From: Clostridia bacterium
GTDB taxonomy: Bacteria > Patescibacteriota > Microgenomatia > UM-FILTER-40-11
Length of the DNA: 53,447 bases
Direction of reading: 5' to 3'
NCBI GenBank assembly: GCA_035529915.1
Contig: DATKVU010000171.1
Location: 1-53,447 of the forward strand
The position numbers and the translations under genes were made by a program. The notes under the pieces were generated by a model. The model ran no database searches, was not told the DNA's origin, and saw nothing but the letters and a program-made list of their open reading frames with translations. Every line of letters begins with the position of its first letter. Position 1 is the stretch's first letter. Below are positions 8,202 through 17,086 of the stretch, piece by piece.

Positions 8202-9811
8202 GAGTTAAGGGCACTGTCGAGAGTCTCTTTTACCAGCTTTTTTGCTAGCAAAGAGTCTTTTGCATAAAAAGGAGTGAACCAGTTATATAGCTCTTCAAGG
8301 CTCTTGGCTTTCTTTGCAGCGTATCTGATGAGCCTTTGCCATGATTTTCCGTCTTTCCATGTCCAACTTCCGGCTTCAGCAACTAGCTCTCCGAAATAAG
8401 GACGAAGTCCCCGATATCCATCAGTAAAAAAAAGTTGATATTCTCCGGTTCCAAAGATAGGGCCTTGGTTATCTTCTGGAGAAAGTATTTTCATTCTAAT
8501 GCCCATAACTGGAGCTACATTTATAGGATCTTTGATCGTTTCTAATTGGAAGGCCACTAATTTGGCCACTACTTCTTCGCTTGACAGCATCCGGTCAGAC
8601 TCTAGCTCGACTTCCCTGATAATTCCCTCCAGGTTTTTAGAAGAGGCAATTGGGGCAAAGATAACTCTCCTTACGTCTTCGGCTGTTTTCCTAGCTAAGT
8701 CAACCAGTTGACGCTGAGTTTCCGCGGTGTCGAGGCTAGCCCTGATTCTTTCCCAATTAACAGGGTAGCGAGGATCGCAGTCTTGGATGGGGATTAGATT
8801 ACAGGAAGCATAGGTTCTTGGTTTGCGACTAAAGCGAAAGAAGGTCTCGCTTTTGTTCCGTAGGCCAAGATAAGGCCAGTGGTCAGTAGTCACTCTGACT
8901 GCTCGGGGCCGATTTCCTTCCTGATAACGAATTCTTATCATTGGCCGATGTTGCCATTGGATGTCAACAAAAACGCCGTCAATTAAAAAGTCTGGTCTTC
9001 GGTGCAAAATAACCAGCGGGTCACAATCGGCTGCCATGAGAGATTCCATAATATCCTCATGGGGGCCTTTTAAGTAAAAGCCATTCTCGCAAGGATGGTA
9101 AAAGTGACCCAAAATCTGATTATTGGCGCCAAGGATATTTAGCATTGTCGCCGACTTTCTCCAGCTAGATTGCTTTTCCGCCAAAGAAAGCTCCGGGCAA
9201 ACAGTGGTTAGTTTTTGGTTAACGATTTCGGCAAGCTGATGAAAACCAATCAATTCCCGGGGAATTCCTTCAGGGAGAGCCATAATCCCGTCAGTATCAG
9301 CCATTGCCCACAACATTGTTCCTCTAAAAGCAGTTCTGAGTTTGTCAGTCACCTTAATCCAGGGGACAATATCACGGCCAGTACCGCCAACCAAGCCGAC
9401 TAAAAATTCGTTACTTTCGACCCCTCGCTCTTCGAAAGCGTCAAAGACGGCATTAACTACTATCCCTGGAGGCCCCAGGCTGGTTTCTTGATAAATAGCA
9501 GCATGGTGGGGATTGTAGACTAGGTTATGGGGAGGGAGCATAAAAGGAGGAAGATAGGTTAACTTGACACTTTCACCGAAAAAAGCAGTGGTTCTAAATT
9601 CATAACGACTGTTATCTTTGGCAAAATTATCAACTGCGCGGAGCAATCCTTTTAGGTTACCCACCAGGTGAGCAGCGCCTCCATGCCCCATAAGGGTTAG
9701 CAATCTTTTATAGTCTAGTCTTGGAGGTCGAGTTTCGGGAATGTAGGCGAGGGAAGAATCACGGTTAATGATAACTCTCTCTTTTTGCTCTAATTCTAGT
9801 AAGGTTGCCAT
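8198..9811 (-). CDS. Uncharacterised 537-aa protein; partner of module 2 and distant paralog of 4894..6399
   Basis: I chose ATG 9811 (MATLLELEQ) rather than the track start at 9883, which would overlap the upstream gene by 71 nt. The ATG lies 1 nt after the regulator's stop. No motif I recognise. Confidence 0.7.
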   Translation of the reverse strand: MATLLELEQKERVIINRDSSLAYIPETRPPRLDYKRLLTLMGHGGAAHLVGNLKGLLRAVDNFAKDNSRYEFRTTAFFGESVKLTYLPPFMLPPHNLVYNPHHAAIYQETSLGPPGIVVNAVFDAFEERGVESNEFLVGLVGGTGRDIVPWIKVTDKLRTAFRGTMLWAMADTDGIMALPEGIPRELIGFHQLAEIVNQKLTTVCPELSLAEKQSSWRKSATMLNILGANNQILGHFYHPCENGFYLKGPHEDIMESLMAADCDPLVILHRRPDFLIDGVFVDIQWQHRPMIRIRYQEGNRPRAVRVTTDHWPYLGLRNKSETFFRFSRKPRTYASCNLIPIQDCDPRYPVNWERIRASLDTAETQRQLVDLARKTAEDVRRVIFAPIASSKNLEGIIREVELESDRMLSSEEVVAKLVAFQLETIKDPINVAPVMGIRMKILSPEDNQGPIFGTGEYQLFFTDGYRGLRPYFGELVAEAGSWTWKDGKSWQRLIRYAAKKAKSLEELYNWFTPFYAKDSLLAKKLVKETLDSALNS

Positions 9812-9812
9812 C

Positions 9813-11087
9813 TTATTCGGTCCAGCGGTAACCGCGACCACGGATAGTTTGTAATTTTTGAGAAGAAATCCCCAGATGTTCAAGTTTTAATCTGAGCTTG
9901 GAAATAACTTGGTCAATTGCCCAGTCAGAATATTTTTCTTCAAAATCTTTGCCCCAAAGCGCTTGGGCGATTTGGTCGCGGGAAAGAGTAAGGTTTTTCT
10001 TTTTTAGAAATGAGAGCAGGAGGTGGTACTCTTGGAGAGTAATTTTTTCTTTGGCTGGTTGACCGTTGATTAAAATTTCTCCGGTTTTTGCTTCCAGACT
10101 AATTTGAGGAGAGTCACTTTTAAGATTGCTAATAAAATTTTCCAAGAGAGGGGAGAAGAGCTTAGAGGAAGTTTTTTCTTGAACAACAATTCCTAGGTTT
10201 AAAAGTCTTGTGGGGACTTTAGCTTTCTTAAGAGAAGTCCCTTGGTTAATTTGGATTAAACTCTTTTTTTCTTCATCATCAAAAGAATTCCAGATATCTT
10301 CGAGAATAACTTTTATCTCATATTGATCGGCGAGAAAAGCAAGTATTTTTTCTGAATTAGTAGAGTAGTAATTTTGCAAAATCCTTAAGGCGGCCCGGTT
10401 TAAAGAAGCATGACCGCCAGAGAGTTTTTTTATCAAAGAAAGTTGTTTGTGGGAGACTTTATAGCCATATTTTTGAATGAGGGTTTGAAGGCAAACTGCG
10501 TTGTCTTGATTTCCAAGTAGAGGGAAATGAATAAGATTTTGAGAAATAACTTCCTTAAGATGGCCAAGCTTACCAAAGCTTTCTGATTTGAAAATATCAG
10601 TGGAATTGGCAAAGAGAAAGTGAATTTTAGTTTTGTCAACTGACCAAAGGGCATGAAGATTATTAAAAAATGCAATTGGGAAATTATCCTCGTCATTAAG
10701 CTCGTCAAACCTTTCCAGGATGAAAATTAAATGATAGCCCCGACCAACCAATTTCTCAATTTCTTCTTTTAAAACAAAGAATGCTCTTTCGCTGCTTTGG
10801 CTATTGGTTTCTGGGTTAAGGCAACTGAGCATGAGCTGAAAAAAACCTGGAGGAGTTTTTTCAATCAAGTTCTCGGCAGGAACGTTAATTATTTTGTATT
10901 TAGCTAAAGCCTCAAAGCCAAGATGTTTTGCGTTTTGGACCAAAAAACGGCCGGTGCGTCTTCTTCCGGCGTGGCGAACCCAGAAGGCAGTAACGCTTTC
11001 CCCGCGAAGGAAACAGGGCAGGAGAGTTTCGGTAAAGAGCCTTTTTTCTGTTTCTTTGGTGAAAAGATGAGAGCAATTTTTGGACAC
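9813..11087 (-). CDS. Regulator with a STAND/AAA-like domain (degenerate P-loop) and an OmpR/PhoB-type winged helix; paralog of 6500..7768
   Basis: Similar to 6500..7768 along its full length: TKETEKRLFT, KYKIINV, LIFILERF, GGHASL, EKYSDWAIDQ, RGRGYRW. Confidence 0.75.
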   Translation of the reverse strand: MSKNCSHLFTKETEKRLFTETLLPCFLRGESVTAFWVRHAGRRRTGRFLVQNAKHLGFEALAKYKIINVPAENLIEKTPPGFFQLMLSCLNPETNSQSSERAFFVLKEEIEKLVGRGYHLIFILERFDELNDEDNFPIAFFNNLHALWSVDKTKIHFLFANSTDIFKSESFGKLGHLKEVISQNLIHFPLLGNQDNAVCLQTLIQKYGYKVSHKQLSLIKKLSGGHASLNRAALRILQNYYSTNSEKILAFLADQYEIKVILEDIWNSFDDEEKKSLIQINQGTSLKKAKVPTRLLNLGIVVQEKTSSKLFSPLLENFISNLKSDSPQISLEAKTGEILINGQPAKEKITLQEYHLLLSFLKKKNLTLSRDQIAQALWGKDFEEKYSDWAIDQVISKLRLKLEHLGISSQKLQTIRGRGYRWTE

Positions 11088-11134
11088 AGATATTATTTAA
11101 TTAATAGCTATAGGATTATAGCTTTGGCTCTCTT

Positions 11135-11156
11135 ATATGTCAAGAATATGTAAGAA
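11135..11156. promoter_or_regulatory. Tandem 11-bp direct repeat (ATATGTCAAGA / ATATGTAAGAA) upstream of regulator 9813..11087
   Basis: The two adjacent 11-mers lie 48-69 bp upstream of the start codon. The second contains GTAAGAA. Confidence 0.45.
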
Positions 11157-11234
11157 AATTTACTCAGGAAAGCCTAGATTTCCTTATCTTCTTTTTAGGT
11201 ACGGCTCAAGCAAGAAGAGCTTGGGCAGTTTAAA

Positions 11235-11453
11235 ATGCGTCCTATAATGAATATTGGAAAGACAATCCAAAGACAGATTGTCGCCCCCTTGCAGCAATGG
11301 TTGCTCGAACAAGGAAGATGTGTTGTTTGCGGCCAGGGATTGTCAAAAGGGAGTCGGGAGAAAGTTAGCGGTGGAGTAGTAGTTGGTTGTTCTTGTGGCC
11401 AGCAATATTTTTATTTGCCCAAGGGGAAAATTTATAAAAGATTAAATGTTTGA
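11235..11453 (+). CDS. Small Zn-ribbon-like hypothetical protein
   Basis: Cysteine pairs CVVCGQ and CSCGQ. The ORF is 72 aa. Confidence 0.45.
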   Translation: MRPIMNIGKTIQRQIVAPLQQWLLEQGRCVVCGQGLSKGSREKVSGGVVVGCSCGQQYFYLPKGKIYKRLNV

Positions 11454-11455
11454 AT

Positions 11456-12154
11456 ATGAGTAAAGAAGCTTTAAGAAACTTTGAGGAGCAGGAAAGGGGA
11501 GAAATCGGAGCCAAAGAGGAAGCTTTGTATAAAGTGATTGCCGAAAGCTCTTGTCTGGTCTATCAATTAACTAAAATTCCCATTATTAAAAAGGTAGACC
11601 AGCACCAAAATCCTTTTAAGGGCTGTCTTTTTATGCAAATTCTAGGTTTGGGAGCAGAAAACCTTTACCAAACTCTTTTGCAGACAGCTACTGGCGATAG
11701 AGATGAGGTTCTTAAAGCCTGTAACATTCGTACTCAGCTTTTTTGCCAAGCCTTAAGCGCTCGAATAAATTACAAAGGTTCATTGAGGGCAGCTTGGCAA
11801 AGCGAAGGGGCGGTTTGGAGCAAGGTTTGTGGAGAAGAAGTTTCGGAATTAGTCCAGGAGGCGGATAGTTTTTTGGCTTTAGCGGGAGAAGATGATTTTC
11901 CTGGTTTAAAAGGAAAAATTAGAGAAATTGAAGTGACGAGGGCCGATTTTAAACAAAGAGATGTAGGTCAGTGGTTAAGGTGGGTTTTTGAGCTGGCTTC
12001 TTTTTTAGGCGTCAAAAGCGAACTTAATCTCTTTGAATTTATGGCTGAAAAACAACAAGGGCGAATTGCCATGGGTAAGCAAGTTTTGAGCCCTGAGGAT
12101 AAAAAAGCCGAGTGGCAAAAGCTCTTGCCAAGAGCCAGAAAGTACTTTAATTGA
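11456..12154 (+). CDS. Hypothetical protein
   Basis: ATG lies 3 nt after the upstream stop. The track's start at 11450 is a TTG. No motif I recognise. Confidence 0.5.
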   Translation: MSKEALRNFEEQERGEIGAKEEALYKVIAESSCLVYQLTKIPIIKKVDQHQNPFKGCLFMQILGLGAENLYQTLLQTATGDRDEVLKACNIRTQLFCQALSARINYKGSLRAAWQSEGAVWSKVCGEEVSELVQEADSFLALAGEDDFPGLKGKIREIEVTRADFKQRDVGQWLRWVFELASFLGVKSELNLFEFMAEKQQGRIAMGKQVLSPEDKKAEWQKLLPRARKYFN

Positions 12155-12187
12155 AAATTTTTTGCTAATGCTTCATACTAAGCCTAG

Positions 12188-12736
12188 ATGCTTAGAAGTG
12201 AAATTGCTTCTCATTTATTGATTGCTTTCATTTACTTTTTAGTGGTCTCTTTGTGGCGTTGGGAGCTTAATTTTAATCTGTTTTGGTTATGGACAGGAGG
12301 CTTTTTGGGGACTTTTTTGCTTGATCTCGATCACTTGCTTTACTGGTTTTTTTCTCATCCAGAAAAACAAGATTCTCAGTATGCCAAAGTTTTGCTTAAA
12401 ACCAGAAACTATCGGGGAATGTATGCTCTTTTGCAAAGAACCCACCAAGCACATACCCGGCTGACTTTTCATACGGCTCTTTTTCAACTAGTTTTACTAG
12501 CACTAGCTTTTTATGTTCTTACTTCTGGGGGGAGTCTTTTTGGTTCAGCTTTGGTAATGGCCATGAATCTGCATTTGCTTAAAGATGAATGGTTTGATTA
12601 TTTGAGTGGGAAAAGGGAGACTTTGGCTGATTGGCTTTTTTGGCAGATTAAGGGAGTGGCAGTAGAAAAGTATTTGCGCCTTTACCTGGCGGGAGTAAGC
12701 GCAGTTTTTCTTCTTTTAAGCTTAATTTTAGTTTAA
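12188..12736 (+). CDS. Hypothetical membrane protein
   Basis: 182 aa with about 5 hydrophobic segments and His-rich loops. Confidence 0.5.
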   Translation: MLRSEIASHLLIAFIYFLVVSLWRWELNFNLFWLWTGGFLGTFLLDLDHLLYWFFSHPEKQDSQYAKVLLKTRNYRGMYALLQRTHQAHTRLTFHTALFQLVLLALAFYVLTSGGSLFGSALVMAMNLHLLKDEWFDYLSGKRETLADWLFWQIKGVAVEKYLRLYLAGVSAVFLLLSLILV

Positions 12737-12749
12737 TGTTTTAACGGCA

Positions 12750-13484
12750 ATGGCTAAACTGATAAACGTGGTTAAGGCTACAGGAGAAATAGAGCCTTTT
12801 TCCGAAGAAAAGGTAGTTAGTTCTTTAATGCGAGCAGGGGCTTCAAAAGGATTGGCTTACAAAATTGTTGATAAAGTTAAGTCCCAGCTTTATCAAAATA
12901 TTCCCACTTTTGAAATTTATTCGGCGGTAATGAAGATATTGCGGCGAGAACAAAAAGATTTGGCCAGCCGCTATAGCCTTAAAAGGGCAATTATGGAGTT
13001 AGGACCAACTGGCTATCCTTTTGAAATTTTTGTTGCTGGCGTTTTGGAAGCTGATGGTTTTAAAGTTCAAAACAATATGATGGTTTTAGGCAAGTGTGTT
13101 TCTCATGAAGTAGATATTGTGGCGAAAAAAGATAAGAAAACCCATATGGTCGAGTGTAAGTTTCATAATCAATTGGGAGGCAGAACCGAGATAAAACCAG
13201 CTTTATATACTTACGCTCGTTTTTTGGACCTTCGGGAAAGAGGTTTTGACTTGCCCTGGCTGGTGACCAACACTAAGGTAACTCAAGAAGTGCGCGCTTA
13301 TTGTCTTTGTATGGGCATGGAGGTGACTTCTTGGGATTACCCGGAAGGAAAAAGTCTGCGGGAGCTAGTCGATAAAAGCGACCTGCAGCCGCTTACCAGC
13401 CTTACTTCTTTAACTAAAAAACAAAAACAATCTTTTTTGGAGCAGGGAATTGTTTTTGCCAAAGATTTACCTCGGACAAGCTAA
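12750..13484 (+). CDS. ATP-cone domain fused to a restriction-endonuclease-like (Mrr-type) domain
   Basis: The N-terminus VVKATGEIEPFSEEKVVSSLMRAGAS is ATP-cone-like. The middle region GYPFEIFVAGVLE...HEVDIVAKK...VECKFH looks like a PD-(D/E)xK core. Confidence 0.6.
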   Translation: MAKLINVVKATGEIEPFSEEKVVSSLMRAGASKGLAYKIVDKVKSQLYQNIPTFEIYSAVMKILRREQKDLASRYSLKRAIMELGPTGYPFEIFVAGVLEADGFKVQNNMMVLGKCVSHEVDIVAKKDKKTHMVECKFHNQLGGRTEIKPALYTYARFLDLRERGFDLPWLVTNTKVTQEVRAYCLCMGMEVTSWDYPEGKSLRELVDKSDLQPLTSLTSLTKKQKQSFLEQGIVFAKDLPRTS

Positions 13485-13561
13485 GTCGACAAGAGCTTTA
13501 GCTTGATGCTTTGGCAATAAAATACTACAATGGTTAGAAACTATTAAAGAAAGGAAAAAAA

Positions 13562-13873
13562 ATGATAGGAACTTTTACTGATAAAAATTTTGAAAGAGAA
13601 GTTCTTAAAAGTGAGCTTCCGGTCCTGGTTGAGTTTTATGCCGACTGGTGTGGTCCCTGTAAAATGATGGCGCCCATAATTGAGGGATTGGCAGAGGAGT
13701 TAAAAGATAAAGCTAGGGTAGGCAAGCTTAATGTTGATGAAAACCAGCAAACTGCTCAAAACTATGGAGTGATGAGTATTCCTACCTTGATTTATTTTGA
13801 GAAGGGAAATCCTCTCAAAACCATGATAGGATTTAGGAATAAAGAGGAGATTCTTCAGGAAATCGGAAAATAG
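13562..13873 (+). CDS. trxA: Thioredoxin
   Basis: WCGPCK active site. The ORF is 103 aa. Confidence 0.9.
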   Translation: MIGTFTDKNFEREVLKSELPVLVEFYADWCGPCKMMAPIIEGLAEELKDKARVGKLNVDENQQTAQNYGVMSIPTLIYFEKGNPLKTMIGFRNKEEILQEIGK

Positions 13874-13876
13874 TTT

Positions 13877-14794
13877 ATGTACGATACGATTATCATTGGC
13901 TCCGGCCTGGCTGGACTGACAGCCTCAATTTATGCTTCTCGTTATCGGTTGAGCAACGTAATTTTAGGCAAACTGCTTGGTGGGACGATTACTTTGGCTC
14001 ATAAAGTAGAAAACTTTCCTGGCTTTGCCGGAATTTCCGGTATTGAGCTGGCCCAAAAAGTGATTAAGCAAGCCAAAGCTTTGGGAGCAGAAATCTTGCC
14101 TGAGCAAGTTTCCCGGGTGGAGATTTCGGGCAACAGCTTTTTAGTTTTGACCGAGAGCGAGAAAAAGTTTCAGGCCAAAACCTTGATTGCCACTACTGGA
14201 ACAGAAAGAAGAAAACTAGGTGTTGCCGGAGAAAAAGAATACTTGGGTAAGGGAGTTTCTTATTGCACCCAATGTGACGCCGCTTTTTTTAAGGGTAAAA
14301 CTGTTGGCTTAGTAGGCGGCAGTGATGCCGCTGTTGCCGGAGCTTTGCACACAGCCGATTTCGCCCAGAGGGTCTATATTATTTATCGGCGGGAAAAACT
14401 GCGGGCCGAGCCTCTTTTGGTTAAAAAAGCTTTAGCTCATCCTAAAATTGAGGTTGTTTACAATAGCAATGTAACAGAAATCTTGGGAGATGGTAATAAA
14501 GTGACTGGCGTTGGGTTGGATCAGGCTTATAAAAATAGTGAGGAGTTGGCGGTTGACGGTCTTTTTATTGAAATTGGCGGAGTTCCAGTCACCAATTATT
14601 TAGTGCCACTTAAAGTTGAACTTGATGAAGATGGTTATGTAAAAGTTAACCCCCAAATGGAAACGAATGTGGCTGGAGTTTTTGCTGCCGGAGACTTAAC
14701 GACCCAGAGTCGAATTTTACAGCAAGCAATTACGGCTGCCGCCCAGGGAGCGATGGCTGCTTCCTCAGCATTTCGCTATCTGAAAAAGAGATAA
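13877..14794 (+). CDS. trxB: Thioredoxin-disulfide reductase
   Basis: FAD-binding GSGLAG motif, redox CTQCD motif, NADPH-binding GGSDAA motif and a C-terminal GDLT motif. Confidence 0.85.
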   Translation: MYDTIIIGSGLAGLTASIYASRYRLSNVILGKLLGGTITLAHKVENFPGFAGISGIELAQKVIKQAKALGAEILPEQVSRVEISGNSFLVLTESEKKFQAKTLIATTGTERRKLGVAGEKEYLGKGVSYCTQCDAAFFKGKTVGLVGGSDAAVAGALHTADFAQRVYIIYRREKLRAEPLLVKKALAHPKIEVVYNSNVTEILGDGNKVTGVGLDQAYKNSEELAVDGLFIEIGGVPVTNYLVPLKVELDEDGYVKVNPQMETNVAGVFAAGDLTTQSRILQQAITAAAQGAMAASSAFRYLKKR

Positions 14795-14800
14795 GAGTGA

Positions 14801-16066
14801 ATGAACAATCCATTTAAAAATGCTCAAGAGCAGCTTGATAAAGTTGCTTCTTTTTTGGATGTCAAAGCTGACCTCTTGGCAGTCTTACGGATGCCGCAGC
14901 GGATAGTGGAGATTAATATCGCCCTTGAAATGGATAGCGGAGAGATTAAGGTTTTTCGCGGTTTTCGTTCTCAGCATAATAATGCCTTGGGCCCTTTTAA
15001 AGGCGGAATTAGATTCCATCAGGATGTAACCAAAGATGAGATAATGGCGCTTTCGCTTTGGATGACTTGGAAGACAGCGGTGGCTGGTATTCCTTTTGGG
15101 GGCGCCAAAGGCGGAGTAGCGGTTAATCCCAAAGAACTTTCTGAAAGAGAACTGGAAAAGCTTTCCCGGGGATATATTCGAGCAATTGCGCCGTTTATTG
15201 GACCGAAAACCGATGTCCCGGCGCCGGATGTAGGGACTAATCCGCAAATTATGGCTTGGATGCTGGATGAATATAAAATTTATAACCGTTATAAGAATTA
15301 TAAAGAAAATGAGCTTTTGGCAGCCCTTACCGGAAAGCCGCTGGAAAAAGGGGGAAGCTTGGGGAGGGTGCAGGCAACTGGCAGGGGTGGGCTTTATGTT
15401 TTGGAGCAATTAGTTCGAGAGCTTAGGCTCAATCCCCAAAAAACCACAGTTGCGGTTCAAGGAATCGGTAATGTTGGCTATTGGTTTGCTCAGTTAGCGC
15501 ACGAGCGGGGTTATAGAGTTGTTGCTCTTTCAGACTCCAAAGGAGGAGTCTATTCCCAGAGAGGTTTAAACCCTAAAGAGGTATTAAGATACAAAAAAGA
15601 GACTGGCAGCGTGGTTGGTTTCCCGGGGACGAAGACGATTACCAACAGGAAGTTGTTGGCTTTGCCAATTGATATCTTAGTGCCGGCGGCTTTAGAAAAT
15701 GTGATTACTCTTAAGAATGCTCGTTGGATTAAAGCTAAAGTAGTTTTGGAAATGGCCAACGGACCAACTACACCCGAGGCGGATGAGGTTTTGGGTAGAA
15801 AGGGAGTCCTAGTGATTCCAGACATTTTAACCAATGCCGGTGGAGTAGTGGTCTCTTTTTTTGAATGGGAGCAGAATATGAAAGGGGAGAGGTGGGCTGA
15901 GGCTGAGGTGAACAAAAAGCTCAAGAGGAAAATTATCAAAGCCTTTTTGGAAGTTTGGAGGGTTTCCCAAGAGAAGAGAGTTGATTTTCGTAAGGCTGCC
16001 TACGTTTTGGCAGTGGGCAAAGTTATAAAGGCGATGATTAAAAAGCCGCCAAACTTGATTTTTTGA
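14801..16066 (+). CDS. gdhA: Glutamate dehydrogenase
   Basis: Catalytic-region motifs FKGGIRFH and GGAKGG, plus the dinucleotide fold GIGNVG. Confidence 0.85.
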   Translation: MNNPFKNAQEQLDKVASFLDVKADLLAVLRMPQRIVEINIALEMDSGEIKVFRGFRSQHNNALGPFKGGIRFHQDVTKDEIMALSLWMTWKTAVAGIPFGGAKGGVAVNPKELSERELEKLSRGYIRAIAPFIGPKTDVPAPDVGTNPQIMAWMLDEYKIYNRYKNYKENELLAALTGKPLEKGGSLGRVQATGRGGLYVLEQLVRELRLNPQKTTVAVQGIGNVGYWFAQLAHERGYRVVALSDSKGGVYSQRGLNPKEVLRYKKETGSVVGFPGTKTITNRKLLALPIDILVPAALENVITLKNARWIKAKVVLEMANGPTTPEADEVLGRKGVLVIPDILTNAGGVVVSFFEWEQNMKGERWAEAEVNKKLKRKIIKAFLEVWRVSQEKRVDFRKAAYVLAVGKVIKAMIKKPPNLIF

Positions 16067-16120
16067 AATTTCATCGGTATCATATTTTTAATTTGTTAAA
16101 ATTGTTAAAAGGAGGAAAAA

Positions 16121-16816
16121 ATGCCTGAAGAAGAGGTTGTCCCCCAAGCTGAACAAACTGCTCATCTAACTCCAGAAGAAAAGAGCGAATTTGGTGGGAG
16201 GCTTGATGAATTGTTGAGAGATGGGAGCAGAGCGATAGGTGAGGTGATTAGCAGAGAGTCAAGGTTTTTAGGAAGAATCAGGGGAAGAGTTAGTCCCTTA
16301 AGGGGAAGAGAAAACTCCAGCGGAGTTGAGGGAGAAGCGGCCGGGAGAGTTATTAGAGGTGTTGATGCTACCCAAAAGACAGAAAATCGCCACGATCAAG
16401 GTTTAGGTGAAGATTGGCGAAATTTTGAGAAAAATGCTAGGGATCTTTTACCAAACTTAGTGGCAGATGACCGTAGGAGAGAAGAATTAGAAGACGTATG
16501 CCAAAGAGTAAATTCTCTTGTTGACGGATTTATGTCTAGGGTTGTTGAGGATCTTGAAAAGCTGCCCCAGTCGATGCGTGAGCTAAACTCTATTTTGCTT
16601 CATGCGACTCAATTGTTTGGTAGAGAACCCCAAAGTCCTCAAGCGCAAGAAGTAAAAAGGATGATTACCTCTTTATATCAGAATTTCGAGGGGGTTACAG
16701 AAGCAAAAGGAATTGCTGACGGGAGCTATGGGTCTATAAGAAGAGTTATTTCTGCCCTGAGGGGTTTGGTTGAAGAAACTATGGGAAGGCGCTTTGAGAG
16801 TCAGTCTAGCCATTAA
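16121..16816 (+). CDS. Hypothetical acidic, Arg-rich protein
   Basis: Strong AAGGAGG Shine-Dalgarno. No motif I recognise. Confidence 0.5.
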   Translation: MPEEEVVPQAEQTAHLTPEEKSEFGGRLDELLRDGSRAIGEVISRESRFLGRIRGRVSPLRGRENSSGVEGEAAGRVIRGVDATQKTENRHDQGLGEDWRNFEKNARDLLPNLVADDRRREELEDVCQRVNSLVDGFMSRVVEDLEKLPQSMRELNSILLHATQLFGREPQSPQAQEVKRMITSLYQNFEGVTEAKGIADGSYGSIRRVISALRGLVEETMGRRFESQSSH

Positions 16817-16867
16817 TAAGAAGTAAGTTGGGACATGGTAGATTGTTGGGAAAAGGGAGGATGATAA

Positions 16868-17065
16868 GTGAAGAAAGTCAAGATAGATAAAGAAAAATGT
16901 ATTGGTTGTGGGCTTTGTGTCACTATTGCCGAAAAAGCCTTTAAATTAAGTGATGAAGGCAAAGCGGAAGTTTTAGTAGTGGAAACAGAAGAGGAAAGTA
17001 AAGTCCAAGAAGCAATTGAATCTTGTCCGGTAGGAGCGATTACAGAAGTTGAAGAGCCTTTTTGA
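16868..17065 (+). CDS. Small single-cluster ferredoxin
   Basis: CIGCGLC...CP motif. The ORF is 65 aa with a GTG start after GGGAGGA. Confidence 0.75.
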   Translation: MKKVKIDKEKCIGCGLCVTIAEKAFKLSDEGKAEVLVVETEEESKVQEAIESCPVGAITEVEEPF

Positions 17066-17086
17066 CGATACTGGTATAATAGTTTG

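Noticed and set aside
9812-9883. The track's extended N-terminus (MNIWGFLLKNYKLSVVAVTAGPNK) for the 561-aa ORF.
   Set aside because: It would overlap the conserved C-terminal RGRGYRW helix of the upstream regulator by 71 nt. ATG 9811, 1 nt after that gene's stop, is the more parsimonious start.
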